The notes beneath the pieces are model-generated. The model searched no databases. It worked only from the letters and a program-made list of their open reading frames with translations, and was not told the origin of the DNA. Position numbers and translations under genes: made by a program. Of a stretch of 5,163 nucleotides of DNA, positions 1 to 5,163 are shown one piece after another (position 1 is the first letter of the stretch; each line of letters begins with the position of its first letter). Source of the DNA: a virus (lineage: Duplodnaviria > Heunggongvirae > Uroviricota > Caudoviricetes); IMG/VR virus record IMGVR_UViG_2547132270_000001; one strand, 5' to 3'.

Positions 1-2357
1 CCCAACAACCCCCCGCCGGTGGCATAGCCGCGCATCAGCCGGTAAAGATTCCCCACGCCAATCCGGCTGGTTGCCTCCTTCGTGAAGACAAACTCACCAC
101 GGTGAACAATCCCCGCTGGCTCATATTTGCCGCCGGTTCCCGTAAATCCCCCGGTCGCAAAATGGAATTTCGCCGCAGCTGCCTGAATGGCTCTACCGCC
201 TGACGCGGATGCGCCGCCACCAACAGCTCCGCCAATGGCGCTGCCGATACTCCCGACAATCCCCACCATTGCCTGCTTTAGCAGAATTTCTGTCATCATG
301 GACAGCACGGAACGGGTGAAGCTGCGCCAGTTCTGTTCACTGCCGGTCAGCATCGCCGCCATATTCTGTGCAATACCGTCAAAGGTCTGCGTGGCTGCAC
401 TTTTTACCTGCGACATACTGTCCGTGGCGCTCTCTTCCCACTCACTCCAGCCGGACTTCAGGCCTGCCATCCAGCTCCCGCGAAGCAGGTCTTCAGCCGC
501 CCAGGTCTTTTTCTGCTCTGACATGACGTTATTCAGCGCCAGCGAATTATCGCCATACTGTTCCTTCAGGCGCTGTTCTGTGGCTTCCCGCGCTGCCTGC
601 CGGTCAGTAAGCCCCCGGTTTTTCGCCTCAATGGCTGCCCGTTTTGCCCGTTGTTGCTGTGCGAACTTATCCGCCTGCTGCGCCAGCGCATTCAGGTGCT
701 CCTGATACGTGACCTTATCGCCAAGTACAGCCAGCTGGCGTTTGTACTCCAGCGTCTCATCTTTATGCGCCAGCAGGGATTTCTCCTGTGCGGACAGCTG
801 GCGACGTTGTGCCGCTTCCTCCAGTACAGCGAACTGACTCTCCGCCTTCCACAAATCCCGGCGCTGCTGGCTGATTTTCTCATTCGCTCCGGCATGCTTC
901 TCCAGCGTCCGGAGTTCTGCCTGAAGCGTCAGCAGGGCCGCATGAGCACTGTCTTCCTGACGATCGCCCGCAGACACCTTCACGCCGGACTGTTTCTGCT
1001 TTTTCAGCGTCGCTTCATAGTCCTTTTTCGCCGCCGCCATCAGCGTGTTGTAATCTGCCTGCAGGATTTTTCCGTCTTTCAGTGCCTTATTCAGTTCTTC
1101 CTGACGGGCGGTATATTTCTCCAGCGGCGTCTGCAGCCGTTCGTAAGCCTTCTGCGCCTCTTCGGTATATTTCAGCCGTGACGCTTCGGTATCGCTCTGC
1201 TGCTGCGCATTTTTGTCCTGTTGACTCTGCTGTTCAGCCTTCTTTCGGGCGGCTTCAAGCGCAAGACGGGCCTTTTCACGATCATCCCAGTAACGCGCCC
1301 GCGCTTCATCGTTAACAAAATAATCATCCTTGCGCAGATTCCAGATGTCGTCTGCTTTCTTAAACGCAGCCTCTGCCTTAATCAGCATCTCCTGAGCGGT
1401 ATCAGGACGACCAATATCCAGCACCGCATCCCACATGGATTTGAATGCCCGTGCTGTCCTGTCTGCCCAGGTCTCCAGCGTGCCCATGTTCTCTTTCAGG
1501 CGGCGGGTCTGGTCATCAAACCCTTTCGTTGCGGCCTCGTTCGCCGCCTGCAATGCCCCGGCTTCATCTCCGGAACGCTGCAACTGAGCAACATACGCAA
1601 TCTGCTCCGCCGTCACGTTATGGAACTGACGTGCCATCGCTGTCAGTCCCGACGTCGGGTCTGTGGTCAGCTTCCCGAAGGCTTCAGCGACCTTGTCCAC
1701 CTCCACGCCGGATGCAGAGGAGAAACGCGCCACACTCTGGCTGATCGCCTCAAACTGCTCACCACCACGCACGCCGGCATTCACCAGCGCCGTAAGAGAC
1801 TCGCTGGTCTGGTTAAACGTCAGCCCTGCCGCCTGCCCGGCTCTGGACAGGACCAGCATACGATCTGCCGTCAGACCCGACTGATTGCCGGAAAGGACCA
1901 GCGTTTTGTTGAAATCGGACAGGGTTGAGTTGCCCTGATACCAGGCATACGCCAGCGCACCGGTCGCCACCGCCAGCGAGGTGGCCCCGACCATCGGCAG
2001 GGTGATCGCACCGGCAAGCCCCCTGAACATGGGGATCAGCCCGCCGAAGGAGTCCTTCACCTGACCACCCTGTTGCAGCAGGATCAGCCACGGACTTTGC
2101 CCGCCTGCAAGCTGCGTGGCCACATCGGTGAACTGCGCAGGCAGCATACGCATGGCGGCTTTATACTGCCCGACGGAAATCCCCGCTTTCTGTGCAGCCA
2201 GCGCCTGTCGGCTCAGCGACTGTTCAACGACTGCCGCTGTTTTTTTCGCATCACTTTCCGTACCGGAAAAATGACGCCTGACTCTGGCCATCTGCTCGTC
2301 AAATCTGGCCGCATCCAGACTCAAATCAACGACCAGATCGCCTACCGGTTCAGCCAT
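1..2357 (-). CDS. H: Tail tape measure protein (lambda gpH-like); 3'-truncated by window edge, about 785 N-terminal codons present
   Basis: Minus-strand ATG at 2357-2355 preceded by GGAGGAG (2370-2364). Hand translation gives MAEPVGDLVVDLSLDAARFDEQMARV..., matching lambda gpH. Spot translation at about 1220-1520 gives FDDQTRRLKENMGTLETWADRTARAFKSMWDAVLDIGRPDTAQEMLIKAEAAFKK... and at 1-62 gives ...IGVGNLYRLMRGYATGG..., both in the same frame as the start codon. No minus-strand ORF in this frame is reported in the track between 1 and 2357, consistent with one uninterrupted frame that lacks an in-window stop. Confidence 0.9.
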   Translation of the reverse strand, partial: MAEPVGDLVVDLSLDAARFDEQMARVRRHFSGTESDAKKTAAVVEQSLSRQALAAQKAGISVGQYKAAMRMLPAQFTDVATQLAGGQSPWLILLQQGGQVKDSFGGLIPMFRGLAGAITLPMVGATSLAVATGALAYAWYQGNSTLSDFNKTLVLSGNQSGLTADRMLVLSRAGQAAGLTFNQTSESLTALVNAGVRGGEQFEAISQSVARFSSASGVEVDKVAEAFGKLTTDPTSGLTAMARQFHNVTAEQIAYVAQLQRSGDEAGALQAANEAATKGFDDQTRRLKENMGTLETWADRTARAFKSMWDAVLDIGRPDTAQEMLIKAEAAFKKADDIWNLRKDDYFVNDEARARYWDDREKARLALEAARKKAEQQSQQDKNAQQQSDTEASRLKYTEEAQKAYERLQTPLEKYTARQEELNKALKDGKILQADYNTLMAAAKKDYEATLKKQKQSGVKVSAGDRQEDSAHAALLTLQAELRTLEKHAGANEKISQQRRDLWKAESQFAVLEEAAQRRQLSAQEKSLLAHKDETLEYKRQLAVLGDKVTYQEHLNALAQQADKFAQQQRAKRAAIEAKNRGLTDRQAAREATEQRLKEQYGDNSLALNNVMSEQKKTWAAEDLLRGSWMAGLKSGWSEWEESATDSMSQVKSAATQTFDGIAQNMAAMLTGSEQNWRSFTRSVLSMMTEILLKQAMVGIVGSIGSAIGGAVGGGASASGGRAIQAAAAKFHFATGGFTGTGGKYEPAGIVHRGEFVFTKEATSRIGVGNLYRLMRGYATGGGLL

Positions 2358-3188
2358 ACCGGACTCCTCCTGCGATCCCTTCTGATACTGTCATCAGCAT
2401 TACGTCATCCTCCGTCATGTCCGCCACATCCGGGGAAGCGGGGATAACTTCATTCCCGTCCGGACCAAAACTAACACCTCCGGCAAGCCCTGCCGCTTTC
2501 TGCATCAGCACATCATCTTCAGGCTCTTCGTCAGCCTCGCGCCGGTTCAGCAGACTGAAATCCAGCGGATGCATATCCGGATCGCTGAAAAACAGGCTGA
2601 GCACGGTGTACGTCAGCCCGGAAAAGTGCATATCCAGCAGAACATCATGAAAATAATGGGTACTGTAAAAGCGGTGCCAGTCGGCATACTCCGTGGATGA
2701 CATCCCGGCAAGCATGGCGCGCCAGTCGGGTCGCCCCATCTCACGCGCCAGTTTCAGGGCAAAACTCAGCTCACCGTCGAACACTTTCCCGCAGAAACAG
2801 GCTCTGCAGGCCCGGCGTCCTCTGCCTGTTCAGGGGCATCATTCACCACAAACTCATACATTCCGGATAGCCGGTACACCACGTTTTCAGCATGAGAAAT
2901 TGCCTCCGTGGGCCAGGTGGTAAGCACTTCCTGCTCAATCTGTTTAACGGCTTCATTCATGGACGGCTGCTTTGTCTTCTGAGGATGGTTATGCCACAGG
3001 GACATCGCCACCACAAAAGCACCGGTTCTGATGGCGTCTTCCACAGTAAACTTCCGGTTGCTGTCTGACTCCGCCTGTTCTGCCTGCCGTTTCATCAGGG
3101 CGAGATGCTCAATACGCTGCAGGGCTGACAGTTCAGAAAGCGTGACGGTCACGCCGTTATGTTCAAATGATTCGGTTTTCAGGAACAT
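2350..3188 (-). CDS. T: Tail assembly chaperone G-T fusion, produced by programmed -1 ribosomal frameshift at 2790-2784
   Basis: The -1 frame is open from the slippery site to TGA at 2352-2350 (track ORF 2350..2784, whose 'M' is really a GTG codon read after the shift: GGG AAA GTG TTC GAC GGT GAG CTG = G K V F D G E L). It has no independent start or SD and its end overlaps the H start by 8 nt, as in lambda. Confidence 0.85.
2364..2370 (-). promoter_or_regulatory. Shine-Dalgarno (GGAGGAG) for H, lying inside the 3' end of the T frame
   Basis: Minus-strand GGAGGAG, then 6-nt spacer, then ATG at 2357. Confidence 0.6.
2766..3188 (-). CDS. G: Tail assembly chaperone gpG (zero-frame product)
   Basis: 140-aa ORF, ATG at 3188-3186 with GGAG SD (3200-3197) 8 nt upstream. 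It starts 15 nt after the V stop, the same gap as in lambda. It ends ...AGKCSTVS with TGA at 2768-2766 and carries the slippery heptamer near its 3' end. Confidence 0.9.
   Translation of the reverse strand: MFLKTESFEHNGVTVTLSELSALQRIEHLALMKRQAEQAESDSNRKFTVEDAIRTGAFVVAMSLWHNHPQKTKQPSMNEAVKQIEQEVLTTWPTEAISHAENVVYRLSGMYEFVVNDAPEQAEDAGPAEPVSAGKCSTVS
2784..2790 (-). promoter_or_regulatory. Programmed -1 frameshift slippery heptamer G GGA AAG (X XXY YYZ)
   Basis: Plus strand 2784-2790 is ctttccc, so the minus strand reads GGGAAAG. Zero-frame codons are GCG-GGA-AAG (A-G-K of gpG); the -1 frame reads GGG-AAA-G and continues into the T frame. Confidence 0.85.
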
Positions 3189-3196
3189 CGCTGATT

Positions 3197-3200
3197 CTCC
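3197..3200 (-). promoter_or_regulatory. Shine-Dalgarno (GGAG) for G in the 15-nt V-G spacer
   Basis: Minus-strand TAA-TCC-GGAG-AATCAGCG-ATG. Confidence 0.55.
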
Positions 3201-3203
3201 GGA

Positions 3204-3944
3204 TTAACTGGCGGTGACGTTGATTTCTGCAACCGCAGCAAACTCACCATTACCGGATACGACCGGAATGTTGACCTTGCCTGCAGCAACACCTTTCACG
3301 GTGATGGTCATACCACTGACCGACACGGTGGCTTTTGTTTTATCCGCAGACACCGCACGGAAGCTCTTGTCGGTTGCGCCTTCCGGCTGGAATGCCACGG
3401 TCAGCGTCGTGCTCTGCCCTTTAACCACCGAGGTGCTGGCAGGCGTCACGGTCATGCCGGTTGCCGCTGTTACCGTGCTGCGATCTTCTGCCATCGACGG
3501 ACGTCCCACATTGGTGACCTTCACCGTACGGGTGATCACTTCCTTCGCTGTCACCGCCTTACCGATGCTGCTGACCCAGCCGCGGAACACATCGACCGTG
3601 CCGTTCGGGAAGCGGATTTTATAGGCACGGGTATCACCTTCATTAAACCACGCCAGCAGCGCCTGCTGCCCCTGCTCTCCGGGCATCCACGCCAGCGTGA
3701 AGCTGGTATCTCCGGCTGACTTCTGCCCCTGTCCGGTCGCGGTCCAGTCCGCATCTTCATCATCGAGATAACTGTCGTCATAGGACTCAGCGGTCAGTTC
3801 GCCGGGCGTCAGGTCTTTAACTTTAGCCAGACGCGACCAGTCAACGTCTGAAAGCGGATTCGCATAAGGGTCACCGCTCCCCTTATAAACCCACAGGGTG
3901 GTCCCGGCACCTTTCACCGGCATTGTAGGATTTGGTACAGGCAT
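3204..3944 (-). CDS. V: Major tail tube protein gpV (246 aa) with C-terminal Ig-like domain
   Basis: ATG at 3944-3942 with GAGGA SD (3953-3949) 4 nt upstream, overlapping the U stop. Translation [36 protein letters not shown]... matches lambda gpV. The track's upstream ATG at 3974 has no SD and lies inside U. TAA stop at 3206-3204. Confidence 0.9.
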   Translation of the reverse strand: MPVPNPTMPVKGAGTTLWVYKGSGDPYANPLSDVDWSRLAKVKDLTPGELTAESYDDSYLDDEDADWTATGQGQKSAGDTSFTLAWMPGEQGQQALLAWFNEGDTRAYKIRFPNGTVDVFRGWVSSIGKAVTAKEVITRTVKVTNVGRPSMAEDRSTVTAATGMTVTPASTSVVKGQSTTLTVAFQPEGATDKSFRAVSADKTKATVSVSGMTITVKGVAAGKVNIPVVSGNGEFAAVAEINVTAS

Positions 3945-3948
3945 ATCG

Positions 3949-3953
3949 TCCTC
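3949..3953 (-). promoter_or_regulatory. Shine-Dalgarno (GAGGA) for V, overlapping the U stop codon
   Basis: Minus-strand GAA-ATG-TGA-GGACGAT-ATG: the SD GAGGA shares its first two bases with the U stop TGA. Confidence 0.6.
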
Positions 3954-4347
3954 ACATTTCATAGGTAATGACATAAGTCAGATCGGCTGAACTCCACAGG
4001 CCCGCATCATCGTCGCGCCGGTAGTCATAGCCACTGGCCACCATACTGGTGATCAAATCTGACAGTGCCGGGATATCGCTCATCACCGGATAAATCCGGG
4101 ACTCCATCCACGAATCAAGCTCTGAATCCGGCACCTGAGCAGGCAGGAAAACTTCGATATGCAGCTCTGCCTGCCAGGTATCGCTGTCCAGCTCTTCGCC
4201 CGTGTATTCAGCGCCGGTGAGATAAACGGCAACTGCCGGAAAATCCGCCTCATCAAAAACAGCGGGGCGACCATCAAAAAGCGTCGCCCCGGTGTCATGC
4301 TTCTCCAGTGCATCCAGTACGGCTGCACGGAGTTCAGTATGTTTCAT
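3952..4347 (-). CDS. U: Tail terminator protein gpU (131 aa)
   Basis: [70 protein letters not shown]... matches lambda gpU in sequence and length. Start ATG 4347-4345 overlaps the Z stop TGA 4346-4344 (ATGA). Confidence 0.92.
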   Translation of the reverse strand: MKHTELRAAVLDALEKHDTGATLFDGRPAVFDEADFPAVAVYLTGAEYTGEELDSDTWQAELHIEVFLPAQVPDSELDSWMESRIYPVMSDIPALSDLITSMVASGYDYRRDDDAGLWSSADLTYVITYEM

Positions 4348-4877
4348 CGCTTTATTACCATTCTCAGTTGATGCTGCAGCGCATAGCCCAGCTCTTTCGG
4401 AAGACGTTCACGCCGTATCCGTTCAATATTCTGTTTAAATGCCGTGGTCAGCGGCACCGCCATCGGAATTTTCACCACATCAATGGGGTAACGGTTTTTC
4501 CCGGCCACACGCTGCATGACATGCCACCGGCCATTTTTTAATCGCTGGATAAATGCCCGCTGATAACGATGCCGACCGGCCCGTAGCGTACTGTTGGGAC
4601 GACTTCCGGTGATCCGTATCCCCAGTTTGATGACAGGTAAATCACCGCGATTAACAATGATTTTTACGTGCGGATTTTTGACCGTGGCCTTTTTCTGTCT
4701 GGCCCTTTCCTTTACCAGTTTTCGCCGCACCTTTGTCTCACGGGCAACCTGTGACGCCGACTGATTCATTGCCGTTGTGGCCACGCGGTTAATGGCCATT
4801 GCGGAGGCACCGGGCACCGCCGTTTTGCTGATACGGCTGAGATTTTCAACGGCCTGCTCAAGACCTTTTATAGCCAT
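4344..4877 (-). CDS. Z: Tail completion protein gpZ (177 aa; shorter variant)
   Basis: ATG at 4877-4875 with AGGGGG SD (4887-4882), 11 nt after the FII stop. N-terminus MAIKGLEQAVENLSRISKTAVPG... and C-terminus ...[69 protein letters not shown] match lambda gpZ as I recall it; the central region differs. Confidence 0.88.
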   Translation of the reverse strand: MAIKGLEQAVENLSRISKTAVPGASAMAINRVATTAMNQSASQVARETKVRRKLVKERARQKKATVKNPHVKIIVNRGDLPVIKLGIRITGSRPNSTLRAGRHRYQRAFIQRLKNGRWHVMQRVAGKNRYPIDVVKIPMAVPLTTAFKQNIERIRRERLPKELGYALQHQLRMVIKR

Positions 4878-4881
4878 ACAT

Positions 4882-4887
4882 CCCCCT
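4882..4887 (-). promoter_or_regulatory. Shine-Dalgarno (AGGGGG) for Z in the 11-nt FII-Z spacer
   Basis: Minus-strand TGA-AAGGGGGATGT-ATG. Confidence 0.55.
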
Positions 4888-4888
4888 T

Positions 4889-5163
4889 TCAGCGGCGACG
4901 GTTAACGGCAGGCGGCACGCCACGCCCGAGCCAGAGATGACAGCTTCCGCCATCATCCGGCGAAATCCGGTCTATCCAGAAGTTTTCCTCACCGATGGTC
5001 AGCGTGTCGCCGCGCCGCAGCTGCCGCACATCATCAGTCCGGACAAACAGGGACGGGCTGGAGCCTTCAACGCGTACGCCCTGTCCGGCATAGCTGATAT
5101 TTTCAGGGTCATCAAAAACACCACGTATCACAGCACCGGACTGCTCACCGGATGTAATGGTGG
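4889..5163 (-). CDS. FII: Head-tail joining / tail attachment protein gpFII; 5'-partial (start lies beyond the right window edge)
   Basis: Frame is open to the window edge. Hand translation of 5163-4889 gives ...TITSGEQSGAVIRGVFDDPENISYAGQGVRVEGSSPSLFVRTDDVRQLRRGDTLTIGEENFWIDRISPDDGGSCHLWLGRGVPPAVNRRR, matching the lambda gpFII C-terminus. The track's 'M' at 5131 is an internal GTG (Val). TGA stop at 4891-4889. Confidence 0.9.
   Translation of the reverse strand, partial: TITSGEQSGAVIRGVFDDPENISYAGQGVRVEGSSPSLFVRTDDVRQLRRGDTLTIGEENFWIDRISPDDGGSCHLWLGRGVPPAVNRRR

Noticed and set aside
1180-1330. Low-complexity stretch on the plus strand (ctgctgctgcgc...ctgttgactctgctgttc) that could be mistaken for a tandem repeat or array.
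   Set aside because: On the minus strand it encodes the Gln/Ala/Lys/Glu-rich segment of H (...KKAEQQSQQDKNAQQQSD...), as expected for the extended helical region of a tape measure protein. There is no exact repeat unit or spacer structure.
35-2091. Minus-strand ORFs 35..259, 692..895 and 1813..2091 inside the H region.
   Set aside because: They are in the +1 and +2 frames relative to H and are overlapped completely by the in-frame tape measure ORF; alternative-frame noise.
187-2447. Four long plus-strand ORFs (187..705, 651..1181, 1221..1928, 2073..2447) with Cys/Arg/Leu-rich translations.
   Set aside because: They lie antisense to the intact, conserved tape measure gene H. They have no SD or plausible starts, their composition is odd, and they overlap each other in different frames. 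They are typical of open antisense frames in GC-rich coding DNA.
2350-2784. Minus-strand ORF 'MFDGELSF...' as an independent gene.
   Set aside because: Its 'M' is a GTG codon immediately after the slippery heptamer, with no SD. It is the T frame reached only by the -1 frameshift from G, not a separately initiated protein.
3204-3974. 256-aa version of V starting at the ATG at 3974.
   Set aside because: No SD, and it starts 23 nt inside U. The downstream ATG at 3944 has an SD and matches the lambda gpV N-terminus and length.
3214-4541. Small ORFs overlapping V, U and Z on either strand (3214..3624 +, 3551..3781 -, 4083..4328 -, 4159..4371 +, 4308..4541 +).
   Set aside because: All are embedded in, and out of frame with or antisense to, well-supported conserved tail genes, and none has a ribosome-binding site.
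1-5163. Defence island, toxin-antitoxin pair, moron or other accessory cargo inserted in the tail operon.
   Set aside because: Intergenic gaps are 15 nt or less, gene order and lengths match the lambda tail block (apart from Z), and no ORF is left unexplained.

Overview
The whole window is explained by the tail-morphogenesis block of a lambda-like (lambdoid) siphophage or prophage, encoded entirely on the minus strand in canonical lambda order: FII (5'-partial) - Z - U - V - G / G-T (programmed -1 frameshift) - H (tape measure, 3'-partial, running off the left edge). Gene spacing and overlaps match what I recall for phage lambda, and the translated N-termini of V, U, FII and H match lambda proteins closely. 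I see no defence system, toxin-antitoxin pair, CRISPR array, RNA gene, mobile element or novel cassette; the long plus-strand ORFs are antisense artefacts. The points worth a second look are: the tape measure gene H is intact but absent from the ORF track (no in-window stop); the G/G-T slippery site GGGAAAG is present and in register; gene Z is about 15 codons shorter than the lambda Z I recall, with a divergent centre; and the track's V start is probably 10 codons too long. All lambda comparisons are from memory, not from a database search.
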